64,000 nucleotides of DNA from Psilocybe cubensis (Eukaryota), in the NCBI GenBank assembly GCA_017499595.2, contig CM038998.1, positions 4,278,001 to 4,342,000 of the forward strand, given 5' to 3'. This document shows positions 15,701 to 30,448 of the stretch, piece after piece; position 1 is the first letter of the stretch; every line of letters begins with the position of its first letter. The translations under genes were made by a program, and so were the position numbers. The notes under the pieces are model-generated. The model did not search any database. It saw only the letters and a program-made list of their open reading frames with translations, and was not told where the DNA came from.

Positions 15701-18700
15701 ACCTTATCATTTCGCATTTCGTAACAGTCGGAAAGCACCCCGCCACGCAAATATGGCTCGCATATGTAGCTATAACACTAGTCGTACGTTCGTTCTAGAT
15801 AGAAGATCACGTACGTTTCGGCGAGACCACACATGACTCGGGAAAGCTGGTAGCTTCGTGGTTTTTTGTCGTCTGATGTCGAAACACAATTTTACAGAAG
15901 TTAGTTAGTCTGTAATAGCAAAACGGCCGTTGTACGCCCTCCACTGGATTGGACCTGGTCGATCATCAAATTTTTGCTCTACGTAGCCAAACGAGATATA
16001 TAGATTGACTGCGCAGAAGCTCGAACGATGGGACTTGTAGTTACATAAATGGAAATACAGGGCTCCTACCCGGAAGCAAAAAAAAAATAAGTCATCTTGC
16101 GGTCGGCGTTCGGAAGAATATCTCAGGTTCGACGGTAAGTCAGGAATGACATGTATTTGATCAAAAAAAAAACATATGTGCAGCTTGTGAAAATTCAAAA
16201 GTAAGTTCGAGCGGGAAATTTGGTGTGTTGAGAACGTCAATGTTGCTGATGTGAGTTTGATACGTTCTGTGTCAGAGAGCAAACGGTGTTTCTGCATCAC
16301 TACATAACAGTTCAATTTACTTGTCATCTCGTATATTTGATCGTGCAAACACTTTGACTTAGACCTGAGGCTAGCTTATAATTATGTACCAATAAGTGCA
16401 ACGTGGCAAGTCAACGGGACTGAGGTTCAACCGCCAGGAAGTCCCTTTAGTTTGTTTTGAAACATATACACCCACGAATGATTAAAACGGCCTATTTGTC
16501 CCTTATTCTGAATCTTCTTCCCTTTGATGTCTTTGAACAATCATCCGACTATCTTGATTCTTGATTCTCTTAATTTCTGACAAACCCATAAATGGCCTGG
16601 ATTTGGCATGATCTAGTAGTAGTCTCAATTTCAAAGCAGGAAGGGTAGCTTTCAATGCCATCATTTTGAGATTATCCTGCTACAGAGCTCGTAAGGCCTT
16701 CTTGAGAACTCGTTAAACTTCTGGATCCCAAGTAGACCCGCGTTTATGATGTTATACAATTGTGGTAGTAATGTTCGCAGCGGAGTATATGAATAGAAGG
16801 ACCCTCAAACCGTTTTGGATCCACCGATGACTTTTTTGGCGATGCCAGCTTAGCACGGCGGCCGTCTCAGGGTGTATATTGTATGTACAATCTAAAGGCG
16901 TTAAAAGATGTAACAACATAAACACAATATAATGGTCCGAGCCTGTAGACGTGGTGTAAAGTTCATCGCCCTGGATGATTCTTGAATTAATCATCATCAT
17001 TTGCACGGATCTTCAAAGTGTGTGCTTGAGAGACTTAGATGCGAACGCCTTTCTCGACTTTGACAGAACATTATACCGAAGTGAGTCTTACATACGCTTG
17101 TAACTGTAAGTAATCGTCCTTGAGACTCGGCCCCAGCGGCGTCTGGGACATATACATGTATTAATATATTATTGTATGAAATCAAAGACGGCCGGACGAG
17201 CGGTAGACCGAATATATTACCGCATAAAGGAATGTTCTTCGAATAGACACATGGGGATTTTGTACATGTGAGTGGCATTCACGTAGAGGCTTAAAAATAA
17301 ATCTACACAGATATGAATGCATTGTAACCAAAGCGAAATTTCACAATGTGCGGCTTTTTATAGGACACACATATATATAAATATAGATTGATCTTCACTG
17401 TTTGGGAGTGGGAAGCAGTGCAAGGTACTCTTAAGTTTTACTGTAAATTTTGTTCGGGATCAAAACGTGATAAACGCCATTGATACCAAGGCCTTTGTGC
17501 GATCCTGATCCCTTTGAGCAACTTTGAACAGCGATGATATACAGAAAGGAAGAAAAGTGGTGCGACTCGGAAGCATGCGGCGCTCGCTGTCACTTTGCAA
17601 TTCAATTCATCGTAAACGCACGATATTCTATGCTAAGCTCATATCTGTACAGAGCTTCGGCGTCTCCACTGATTTAAAGTGTGGATACACAGTAAGATCG
17701 GCAGGGCGCATAATCCTTTCAAGGGCAAAATGATAGGCAGATACAAAGCTCTGATCATGTTTACTCCTCATTCTCTGTCAGCCGGCGGAACTTGTTTCTT
17801 TTGAGAAGGACCCGTTCACTTGCCAGAACTGTCCATGAGGGAAATTCGGATGACGAGAAGATCACGAATAACCAACAAACAAAAAAATTCCATTCAACAG
17901 CGCATCGCGCTAAGTGCTAATCGGCGCTTACCGTCTCGCATTTGTCATCGCACACTCGGTCCGACTTTGGACCAAAGCCGCCAAGTAAGGTTATCCATTA
18001 CATAACCGTAACCCTAGACTTAGCATCACCCTCCAGATAAGTTAGCAAACCTGACAAAGCCTTGATGTGACGCATTCAAGTAAACTAGTGTTACAGTCAC
18101 ATTGTAATCAACCGGACCACTCCGCAACCAGTTCATTTTGGCTGCTACCACGAAACAACTTCCGAAAGGCGTTCTGGATGTTGCAAAGACACCAAAAGCC
18201 GGACCCACCGCCCAGCTAAAACCGTCTTTGCTTTGTCTTGTCATGATCCAGAGGATCCCATCGGACTGGGATATGTCACATTTGGTTAGAGATCGCGGTG
18301 CACTTTTCAAATATATCGACCGCAAGCATAGCACCACGACGTCACCACCACCGAGTCTCTATGACTATCCACGCGCAGTATTGTCTACGAGCCTTGTGCG
18401 GCCTTTTGTTCAGATCGCTGCGCATTCGTCGAGCTTGGCTGAACTGGATGTTTAACTATGACAGCATGCATGTCTCAAGGAGGAGTTTCTTCATTGACAT
18501 GGGTCTGAATTCGTTGAACCCGCTAAACTGAGACGCTGTGGCTGAATGTCCTGCTCGTGCTGTGGAAGGTTTTTCTGCTATCATTTCGGTCTCCTGCTTT
18601 CTGGGTCCGCCACGTCTCTTTCTGGGGTTATGATCAATGTCATCTAGTAATCTTTTTTGCGGCGAGTCAGCGGCTGTCTTGGACTGGAATGCTCGCAATT

Positions 18701-20962
18701 GATTTTAACTGAAAGCACATACGGGAGTTGTTTGAAACTTAGACTTCGACCTTTCGCATTGACGCCACCTTGACGAACAGTGATGCTTTCGCAAGGTTCC
18801 GAAATTCCGACTACGAGTTCAAAACTCGAAGCACCTATTCCCCCATGCACAAATGCATAAACCTTTTCGCTTCCACATATGGTTGTGTCTATCTTGTGTT
18901 CACCAATGGGAGATATCTCAAAGCTGGCCATGAATTCCGAAAGAAAGGGCACCAATTGATTCGAGAGCAGTGCAAGTTATTTACCATGCGCATCGTCTGG
19001 GCTGCTCGCTCTTCATCATTTCTGCAGCAGTCTCCGTGGCAATTTATGGGTTTAAGTTAACTCGAATGGTGCCTTTCACAATGAACAATTAGGCCAGGTC
19101 TTTTTAACGATCATTCTATCCGTGTACCTTACTCGCTTCTTGTTTCTCGAAGGTTCTGTTGATCATGCAGTAAAGTTATCTCCCAAGTATTGTTCTACAA
19201 CGGCGTTACCTCTTTGTAGTATTTTACGACCCTCATGTCTACATATTGATGATGGCTATCACTCACAAAGACAAACTGAGAATTCACAGAGTAATAAATT
19301 TTGAAGTCAAAATGGGGATGTTTGTCTTTCGGTACTTACGGAGTTGATGGATATGTGGAATCTTCTGGACACAGACAGACACTATAATGGCAGGTACTTG
19401 CACAAATTTACTTGTGATTCAAAGCGTGATGCGATAACTAAGACAGTCATAGGGCAGCGGTGATATCCAGTTTATCTGATATAGTCCATCAGAACATCTT
19501 GGTTCATACGGTTTCCTACTGCGCCGTGCGGTGCGCCTTGGTACGCCTGTGATGAGCGTCGAAATTCAAACCATCATGACACCCACCACTGTTCAATGTT
19601 GGTGCAATCTGCATTGCATCAGTATCACAGGTCCATTGAACACCGAGGGTACTCGCTTCAGACAACACTCGCGACGCATCCGTGTTCTGTTCCATGTTGA
19701 TAATGATATTGATCTGTATTGACCAAATCGCCAACAGCATACGGAGTCACGAAATCTCCGGGAATATTGAGGTCTTGTTGCTTGTTGTTGTTAGTGTTGT
19801 CGTTGTCGTTGTCGTTGGTGTTGCCAGATGGGCTACGAAAGACCACTAAACCTCGAATGGACTTTCGATGAGCTGAAATGGACATTAAGCGTTGAACGGT
19901 GAAGCGCCACCAACTAACGGTAGCGTGTTGCATTGACATGGCTGCATGTATCATTCGGATTCAAATTTGACCGTGTTGGCGGGCTCCACGGTCATATAGT
20001 ACGCAATATAATTTCTGCTTTTTTGAATCTTTGACCATTCTTTTAAAGCTGTACGAAAGTCGAAAGTTGAAATCCCTTATCTACGTAGAGTTCAAGACCA
20101 GCTCAATGAAGTGAAATCGGACAGTGATATATTTCTACAAACCAAGTCCAGTCTAATAGGGCTACTAAGTACATAAGTATTGCGGAAGTTGATGGAGTTG
20201 CACCCATTTTGAATCTCAACGTTTTGAAAGTGCATGGATCCCAAATTCCAATGCACGCGCAGCGTCGGAGGAGTTAGAGTAAAGTCCAAGTAAAGTGCTA
20301 ACATACAAAGTAGCATATTCAAGAGCGCTCGAGGTCGTCCCCGACACCGAGACCTCCGAATCGAATGGATACAGGGACTCGACACGGGGGACTCATGCAA
20401 TGTTACCTTCACACTGGCGAATCCCGTTTCACAATTCAAATCTCTTTCATTCCCTCCTTTGACTGGAACACCGCAATATAAAGTTTACTTACTAGCGACT
20501 CTAGTATGTAGCCCGTGCCTCCAAGTGTCAAACGATTATAATGTCTGTCTAAGTCTAACGAATAAGTTGAAGCGACGCGACACGACTCGGAACGATTACG
20601 ATTATCCGAGTTGATACGAATATTTATTGTGTGCATGGATGAACCGAGTGAGGTTGTGAACAAGTACGCAGTACCAGATGCATGGTATTATTTTCTTATT
20701 TCAGAAGTATATCCTATGAAAATTGAGCTGTTCTGTAAATAGGCTAATCGTAGTCGTAGGGTGCATTCCCGGCCCACTCAAGTACATACACATACGATAT
20801 TCTTTGTGAAACGACGAAAACGCTCGAAATTCAGCGACCCTTCAAGCCTCAAGCTTCAAGCTTTAATGTGTGGTTCTAAAAATAGCTGATACCCGATAAA
20901 TAGCATTTAAGAGTCGCACTTTACTTTACCGTCGGCATACATAAATGTTACAAGCCAGAGGC

Positions 20963-22051
20963 TATGGCTGTCCGTTTGCACATTTAATACCAATTGTTAA
21001 ACTTTTTGTCCCATACATAGAAGTCTCAATTCTACATGATTCCATATACATAGTCTGGTGTCCCGGATATAGAGAGGATGGCTTCCAAACATATAAATCC
21101 AGTATCCATACATTCATAGGTTGCACCCTCAGATACAACTTTGAGTACCATACATATAGTTTTGGTGCGCACATATACAAATTACAATCCCTTACATAGA
21201 GCAAACACTCCCTTTTATACATGTTTTATTCCCTTACTTATATCTGAAGGTTCCCCATATGATTGTTCTTACCTTTCTTCATCCCGAAGATATACAGTCA
21301 TTTTTCGGCATTCTGTCTATGCCGTGCATGCCTAGACATCGTGAGAATCGGCAAATCTCGGCAAATGTGGACACAAATTACAGTTCATTGCCTGTATGCC
21401 TATCGACACACGCTGATTGAACATTAAAAAGATACACATTTATCCAATTAATTAGTAAATATATTCCTGTGCAGGCTGATTACAGAAATAGCTTGTCTTC
21501 ATAGTTTGAGACGAGTGCCTTGACCACTCCCAGTCGCCGTGCTAAGGCTTTAGGCCTGAAGTTGAGGTTGCAGATAGAAAATTGCATTGGAGTAGTCTAT
21601 ATGCAGTGTTATGTGACTTTAATGTATGAGTTTATGCTCCTGATGAATATTATAATCCTGTAACGACTGTCCTACTTTCTTCACAAGTAGCAATCCACTG
21701 CAAGCGGGACAAAAATCGAGTTCCCACGCCTCTACGGCAAGGACGGCACGCGTAATATTCATCTGGACAACTCTATATCTTCGGACAAAAATTAAGGTAC
21801 ATGCAGAGAGGGTCACAGACTATGGTACTAATTTTTTTATGTATGGGTATCATACCCATATCTGTGCAGCTCCCATTCCAATTGAAGGGCATGCAAAAAC
21901 AATGGCCGGGATAATTTCTTCTATGCTCGGAAATTATCTCTCTATAACCGGGACACCAAGGTATGTAGTTGGGTTCAAGCAAAATTTCGATTTATACGTA
22001 TGGGGAAAGAAGTTTATAGATTGGTATTAAATGTGCAAACGGACAGCCATA
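20963..22051. mobile_element. Non-autonomous TIR DNA element (MITE-like), ~1.09 kb
   Basis: 20963-20993 (tatggctgtccgtttgcacatttaataccaa) is the exact reverse complement of 22021-22051; imperfect inverted similarity continues ~100 bp inward; TA at both outer ends; no transposase ORF. Confidence 0.8.
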
Positions 22052-22239
22052 AGAGGCGGGCGGACATGTACACTGGCACCCGGTAGATACATAGTACGTA
22101 CTTAAGCGTTTACCCACATCACATCGGATTTAACAGTAACTGGGAATAAGACAATCAACGAGCTGTTTTTAAATATACCTAGGTTGATATCAGACTAAGT
22201 AAGTATATTTCAGCATTCACATGAGACTGTATTATGTAC

Positions 22240-25200
22240 ACTGTGAGTGAGTGAGTAATTTGAATCTCATCGCATCGCTACTGGAAGCGCGAGTGACTGA
22301 AGTAACGAAAGGAAGTATACGGTAGAATACATTTGCGAGTGCGAGTAAGAAAAATATAACCTGGTCATGGTCAAGATTTTCACAAAACCCGCATGAATAT
22401 TTCCTCGGGGGAGGTATGCGCGGACTTTGTTTCTTTGAGGTTTTCGGAGGTGCTGATAGTCGAGATTGGATATATCAATAATCTTAATCAGTGATCACTC
22501 GGTCGGAAAATGGACGTGGACGCGGTTTAATTTATATCATCCCATCCCCCGTATACTCTGCTCACCGTGAGTCACGGTGTTGTAATCACCCTCGGTATAA
22601 GTCTGATACCACACCAGTGGTCAACCCGCAAAATCATACGCCGAAATATGCTATATAGAAAAGTTAGCGAGAAGGTTTCTCTGAGATATTTGTACATGTA
22701 CATGTCCTGAGACTGGGCAACAGTAGATCGACCTACTACTACTACACATAATCACACGAATCACGATATATCGCATCTCTTTTAGTTTTACAGCTAAAGC
22801 GCTAAATATAAATCCTAACCCCAACTACGTATACGCGTCCGTCGCTTCGTATACACCGCTTTTCACAAGCATATCACAAATGCAAACGCTACATTATAGT
22901 ACTATAGCTCTTCATGCAGCGTGCAGTGTCCAGTGTCTACTGATGATAAAATCTATTTATAAATGGCATATACTTACGCCCGAATCCCATTCTCAAAGCC
23001 GCCGGCACCAGGAGAATTAGGATAATTTGCCACTTGGGTCGGTGCCTTGACTATGACATGACGCCTTGACCTCGAGTTCTCGGGTACGCGTGTGCGGGTG
23101 CGGGTGCGCAGGCAGTGGGTTAGGTATTACTATTAGTTATATAAATTCTCTCAGACCGGGTCTCTGTTAAATGTTTAGCTGTGCGATGTAAAATGTGTAA
23201 GTGTAGCCGCCGGCTTACGAGTGGGTTTACATGTCCCCGACCTCCGTGGACTTCAGTTGTCAAGACTCAGACCTAAGACTCAGACCCAAGACTCAGACTC
23301 AAAACTTAGACTACTCCAAGTCTAAGTGCGATATCAATAAATTATAAAATCAATCTTACATTCCCTCTCCTAGTCCCCTCTCACGAAGTGGATTCAATTT
23401 TTTTTTCTTTATATTCAATGAGGAATGTCAAAATGATACATGGGACGTTGGGTGTGTATAAAGGGTATATATGAATATAAGGATAGGATAGGATAGGATG
23501 GGTTTGTTTGTAGTTGACGAGCAAGGCAAGATTAGACTAGACTAGATGGCGAAGACAAGAGGAGACAAGCGACTCTGGAGTCTATGCTCCAGAGCTCAGA
23601 ACTCAGAGTCTGTCTGTATCATGATCACGGTATAGTAGTTAGTAGGCGCATAAACTTGAATATCATCTTGTATAAAGTAAAGTAAAGTAAAGTAAAGTAA
23701 AGCAAAAGTAAGACCCTGGATGATACATCAGATCAGCGTGTCAAGTGCTCGTGCGTCAGCATCTGTATCTGCATTGATAGTCAAGGTGTAGCGGTACGTG
23801 CGTGCGTGCGTGCGTGCTTGCATAGTGCATAGTGCATAGTAAGCACCCGACTTGGAATCTGCGAGGTTTGATCATACTCAGGCTTTACAAATTACCTAGG
23901 TCTTGCAGACGCGTCTTGCAGCCTGATTGTCTTCACGACGTTCACGTCACGTACTAAGACGCGCGGCGCCGCGCTGGTGGGACACGTGTTTCCATTTACC
24001 ATATCACGGGATTTCATACGAATAGTATAGGGGGCTAGGGGTATTCCGGAAGTTATGGTCAGGCAACGTTGAATGCATTCCGGGGCAGAAGATGTAAGCA
24101 CGCATCAGGGGAAAGAGCCGTGGTATGCACTGCGGAGCGACGGAGCGGAGCGGTGTGTGATGCGCGTACTTGTCTGCTAAGTTCAGGGTCGGAGGTGCGG
24201 TGGACGGTGACTCGTCGGTGAGTCGGGTTGTATAATGTTATTTTATTATATTATAAGCATCATTTGGATTTTTTATTATATTGTATTCTATACTCTGTGT
24301 TCCGTATGTTGTATGTGCAGAGACACAGATTGAAACAGAGATAGACACCAGACACAGAAGGAAGGCAAAGGAACAAGGCACTGAAGGGGAAGTGAAGTGA
24401 TGAAGTGATGGAACCAGGAAATGTGAGGATGGGGATGGTTATTGATATTATTAATGTGTATGTGGATGTTTGATTTGAAAGGGGAGGGAAGTGGAAGCGG
24501 ACGCAGTCAAAACTTGCATTTGCACGAACGGAAATAAATAAATAAATAAAGTATTACAAATACATTACCGAAAATAACATCATCAGCGAAAGGAAAGGGG
24601 GTTCGGTTGCGGTTGGGGGGGTGGCTAAAAATTGAATATTGAATTCGCGCGTAATTCAATTGCATTCAATTCAATTCAATGCGTAATCATGATCCCATTC
24701 TAATTCGACCCGCCGCCTCCTTCTCTCTTCTGGTTGATCATTTGATATTTGATGCCAATCACATATCCGGATCCGGATAAACCACCGATCAATCTTGCTG
24801 TACGAATGGGTATATGGATGTTCGTGTATGCTATATATCAATTCATCAATCGTTGTATCACATCACGTATCAACGAACCGCGAACCATGAACTGCGAACC
24901 AAGTTCTACGTCACCGATTCACGAAACTATTATTATATTATATTAATTATTATTATGTAATTTCTGTTTTGTAAATTGTAATAGTGTGTGCCTATTCCTA
25001 TTCCCGTGCCGCTCTCACCCCCATCTCAATCCCATTCCCATTCCCATTCCACTCATATTTCCATTTTGCATTTGCATTTCCATTTCCATTTCCATTTTTC
25101 CATTTGCGACTTTCCTTTTATGTGAAGTGCACAGCACAGCACAACACATCTGATCTCGGAATAGTTATAGTTATAGGATAGAGTAAAGTGAGATCGAAAC

Positions 25201-27078
25201 CGAATCGAATCGAGAAGCGAGTGCCGTGCATGCATGCGTTAGTTAACCCGCGCCGTCCGCCGTGAGTTGGCCCCCAGCCCCCAGCCATTCTGTTGGGTGG
25301 GTGTGAGACCTGAAAGAGGTGACATCCATATTCGTCCCGTCCCGTCTCCCCATTCCATCCATATCCATTTCCGTCATATCGCTTTTTTTCAAGGGGACCG
25401 GTAAATTTAAATATTCTTTTTCTCTTAATTTTTTTGCGCGATCTATCGAATCCAAATCCGTATCGGTATCCATATTGATAGTGTCCGAGAGCAGACCTGA
25501 CCTGAACCTGTCCATTGCATACATACATACATACGTACATACTTAACTTTCTTACTTATCGCTCCTTTTTTTTTTCTGTCTTTTGCTTGTTGTTGCATAG
25601 AGAGTGGTTTGCTCTATCCTATCCACGCACACGCACATAATTCCGTCCGAGTTCGTTTGGCTGTTCACCACCACACCCACCACCACCACCAACAACTAAC
25701 ATCTATACACGACGCCGACGCACGACGAACGACGCGCTCGTAGGCACATTTGACCACGACCGCACGCACGCATATATACACCGTCGCTATCCATCCTAAT
25801 TGCAGAACACAGACTGGCGCACTTTGACTCCTACCTACCTACCCTACCTACCTGCCTACCTACATTGACGAACGACGGAACGGAACGAGTCAAGGCTAAG
25901 CTGAGACGAGACGAGACGAGACGAGACACCGGGATTAGGACTTGAAAAGACACCTTTGATTCTTGATTCTTGAGACGAAACACGGAACACGGGACTATGG
26001 CGCACACCGCATCTGCAGGTGGCCCGGCGTACGGTGGTATGGGCATGGGCATGAGTATCGGTTTGGGTGTTGGAATGGCGCTGCCGTACACTAGCGGTGC
26101 GAGCTCGAGCTCGAGCTCGAGCTACGCTGTGCATCCTTCGAGTTACGCTTCTGGGTCGGGGTCGGGGTCGAGTTCGAGTGGGAGCGCAAGCTCAAGTGGA
26201 AGCTCGAGTTCGCAGTATAGCGGGAGCTACTCGTCAGCCTCTACATCTACATCTACATCTACATCCACCACCTCCGCCCCCGCCTCCTCATCTTCCTCAC
26301 ACCCCGCCTCCGCGCATACATCATGGCGCACCACCTCCGCCTCCACCTCAAATACAGGTTCAGGTTCAGGTGCAGGTGCAGGTCCAGGGCTAGCGCCCAA
26401 CCCGCCACTCCCGCTTACCCCGCCGATGTCGACGAGCTTCGCGCACCGCGTGGCCGTGGCGTACCATCCTTCGCACTCGCATCCTTCATCACATACGTCT
26501 GGTCCTCAGCAGCAGCAGGCGTCTCATAGTACCCTCCCCACATATTCACACCCACATACGCATACGCATGCCCCTCCGCCTTCAACGACGACGACGACGA
26601 CGACGACGTTACCGCCTATAGCCCACCTCGAGCGGCACCTCCCTCCGCCGCCGCCGCCCCCTCCTACACACTCTACGTCTGCGTCTGCGTCTGGTGCCCC
26701 GCATATGCAGTCGTATTCGCAGTATCATCAAAATTATCAGCCACAGCAGCAGGGTCAGCAGCAGCAGAGTCAGCTGCAGAATTTACAGAATCAACAACAA
26801 CACCAGCAGCAGCCGCAACTGCAGCCGCACCAGAATCAGCAGCATAACCAACAACAACACCAGCAGAATCAGCAACAGCAGCTACAACAACAGCACCAGC
26901 ACCAGCACCAGCAGCAGCAGCAGACTCTGCAAAACCAGCAGAACCAGCAGAACCAGCAGAACCAGACGTATGCGCCGATGAATGCGCCAACCCAGAGCCA
27001 GAGTCAGAGTCAGAGTCAGGGTTTGACGTACCCGAGCACCAGTTTACCACCTCGTAAGTCTTCTTCGTTTTTTTTTTT

Positions 27079-27119
<41 letters not shown>

Positions 27120-30100
27120 GCTGTGTTCTTTTTTTCTTTTGCTTTGCCTTGTCTTTTTTTTCTTTCTTGTACTTGTACTTGTACTGGATTTTTTCAAGTA
27201 CTCGAATTTTTTTTTATCTTGCAAGGTTTTTTTTTTTCTTTTTCTCTTTTTTTCGTCATCTTTTTTTTCATCTTTTTCTTCATCTTTTTGGTGTTTTATT
27301 GATCTGTCTATGCTTTTTTTTTGTTTTTTTTTTGTGCGTATTGCTAACACGTCCTTTGTCATCCAAGCAGTTACTCCGCCAGACGACGTACCCCATGCGC
27401 ACGCTGCGCGCTTGCCTGCGCCTGCGCCTGCACCGGCACCTGCGCCTTCTCAACAACCACCTTCCCGACAACCACAACCACAACAGCCATCCCAACAATC
27501 ACAACCACAACAGCAACAGCGGAGCCAGCAGCAGCAGCAGCAAACTAGGTCGGCTAGGTCGGCTCAGCAGCAGGCGCAGTTACCGCGCGTCGCGTCGGGC
27601 GAAGGGGATGTTTTTTATTCGCATTCGCAGGCGCAGGCTTCGAGTGGTGGGACGTACCAGCAGCAGAATGCGGTGGTGTATCAACAATCGCAACACCAGC
27701 AGCACCAGCAGCATGGGTATCATCATCCCGCGCCGCAGCCTGGACCTGGACCTGGACCTGGACCTGGACCTGGACCTGGACCTGGACCTGTGGGTGAGAT
27801 ACAGGCGCAGGCGCATCAGCATCAGCATTATCAGCATCAACAACAAAATAGCGCGCCGCCTCCGCCGCCGCCGCCGCCGCCCTCTCAGTCCACCCAACAC
27901 CCTCAGCAGCAGCAGCAGCAGTTGCAACCCCATCATCAACCTCAACCCTCGCACCAACCGCCGTCAACTCAGCAGCAGCAGCCACAACCCCAACCCCAGC
28001 ACCAACCCCAACAACATCCGCAACAGTCCATCCAGCCTCAGCCTCAGCCCTCGCACCAACCGCCGTCAGCTCAGCACCAGCAGCAGCAGCAGCCGGTGAT
28101 AATCGACTGGCTGGACGCGTCGCGCACGCGCTCGGGGCGGTTTATAGCTGAGAAGACGTGTGAGATGATATGTTATTTGTGGTTCGCTGCGCCGCCTCCT
28201 GTGCCTGTTGTGACTGCTGTAACTACATCTGGGTCTGGTATGAGCAAGAAGGTGGAGGATAAGAGGGAGGCGGAGGTTTTGGGGGAGGATAAGAGTGCGA
28301 GTGGGAGTGAGGGGAGTAGTGCGAGTGAGGAAGGGATGGATGTTGATGATGATGAGGAGGAGGAGGGGGATGTGGATGGAGAGGATGTGGATGTGGAGGG
28401 AGATATGGAGGATGGGGATGTGGATATGGATGGTATGAGTGGAAGGAGAACGGGAAGTGGCAGAGGGAAAGGAAGAGGGAGGGGGAGGGGGAGGGGAAGA
28501 GGAAGAGGCAACGGTGTAGAGTCGCCTGCGACGTCCGTGTCGTCTGCGGCGTCGTCTTTGCCTAGTATCAAACGCTCGTCGTTACACTCCGCCCACACCA
28601 CCTCCTCATCCACCCAACCCGCCCACATCACCCCCGCCGCCGCCGCCGCCGCCCCCACCCAAGCCCACCCCCCCGCACCACCCGCACGCCCCCCAACAAC
28701 AGCCCCTTCAACCCTGCAACTCGTCGCCACCCCCACCTTCATCCAATTCATGCAAAAGCTGCTCGAAACAACGCAAGTCTCGCAGAGCGTCATTGTGCTG
28801 AGTCTGCATTATATTTATAGGTTGAAGGAGAAGAACCGGTGGACGCCTGCGCAGAGGGGGAGTGAGTTTAGGATTGCGGTTGCTGGGTTGATGATGGGGA
28901 ATAAGTTTTTGGATGAGTGAGTTGGGTTTTTTTTGGTCTCTTTTGCTCTCTCTTTTTTTTTTTTTTTTTGGTGGTTTATTGATAAATGGAATTCGCTAGT
29001 AACACCTACACCAACAAAACATGGTCAGAGGTATCAGGCATCGAGCTGGACGAGATCAACCGCATGGAACGCGAATTTCTCACTGGGGTGGATTTTAACC
29101 TGTACGTGGATAAAGCGACGTATGAAGGGTGGTTGAATCTTTTGAAAGGGCTGGTTTTGGCGAAGGAGAGAGATTGTAGGAGGTGGGGGGCGGTTTCGGG
29201 GTCGGGTGGGGGGAGGAGAGGGGAGAGGGGGGAGAGAGGGAGGGGGGTGGGTGCGAGGTATGGGTATGCGCATGCGCATGGGGAGAGGGAGAGGGGGTAT
29301 GCGAGGGAGAGGGAGAGAGAGTATGGAAGAGAGAGGGAGAGGGAGAGGGAGAGGGGGTATGCGCGCGAGCCGGTGCGCGCGTATACTTCTGCTGCGCTTG
29401 CGAGTGGTAGCGGTAGCAACAGCAACAGCAATGCGAATGCGAATGCGAATGCGGTGGTGGCGAAGCATCCGCCGCCGCCGCCGCCGGGGCCGGCGCAGGG
29501 GTATCATTATGCGCAAGAGTATGGGTACGCGGCGGGTGTAGGTGCGAGTCAGGTGTCGAATGCGAGCTATGGCGCTGGGGCTGGGGTTTACTCCGCCAAC
29601 GCCAACGCCAACGCCCAGTACACTAGCGCTGGTGGCAGCACCAGCAGCAGCAGCAGCAACTACTACAAAATCCCTTATAGCAACAACACCACCTCCTCCA
29701 ACACCACCTCCTCCTCCACCAACACCGCCGCCAACAACAGCGCGAACGGGTGCACCGGATACGGATACGGAAACGGAAACGGATACACGAACGGGGGACG
29801 ACCGACGATGCACCGCGCGCGCTCGAGCTCGCCTACGTTGCGCCGCGCTGTGCCTTCCTCCTCTTCTTTGTCTTCCTCTTCGTCGGGTGCGGGTTTGGGT
29901 TCAGGGTATGCGCCGCCGGTGTTTGGACAGCCTGGTCCTGCGCCTGCGCCTGCTCCTGGTCCTGTGCAGACGACGACGAGTTCGGGTGTGGCCGCGTTCC
30001 ATATCCCGCATGTTCAACCCCAGCCTCAGACCCAGGCGCAAGCGTATGCGGTGTATCCTGGTACAACGACGACGTCCACATCCACGACGGCGTCCATGAT

Positions 30101-30412
30101 GAGCTCAGGATCGCATTCGGCGTACTCGTCGCCTTCGCCTGCGCCTCGGTCTTATGTCTATGGACATCATGGATCATATGCGAGTGGGCTGACGATTAAT
30201 ACGAATACGGCGTCGTTTGGTTCGTCTGCGTCGACGACGTCGTTGTCTGCATTATCTGCAACTGCAGCGCCGACAGTGAACGTTACAAATGGCAATGTAG
30301 TGAATACGACGGCGACGGCGACGGCGTCAGGCGCAGCGAAACGCACGGCAGAAGCTGCGTTCTCGCCTACGAGCGCGGGGTTCGCGCATGTTCCTTCTAA
30401 GAAGGTTGTTGG

Positions 30413-30448
<36 letters not shown>

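Noticed and set aside
18456-18955. Two adjacent minus-strand ORFs (103 and 80 aa)
   Set aside because: No recognisable motif and no convincing splice connection.
25970-28099. 709-aa ORF with poly-Cys/Phe middle and the overlapping 613-aa ORF starting with poly-Leu
   Set aside because: Read-through of the T-rich 317-nt intron 1 (27054-27370), which lacks stops because it is A-poor; these are parts of the spliced cyclin.
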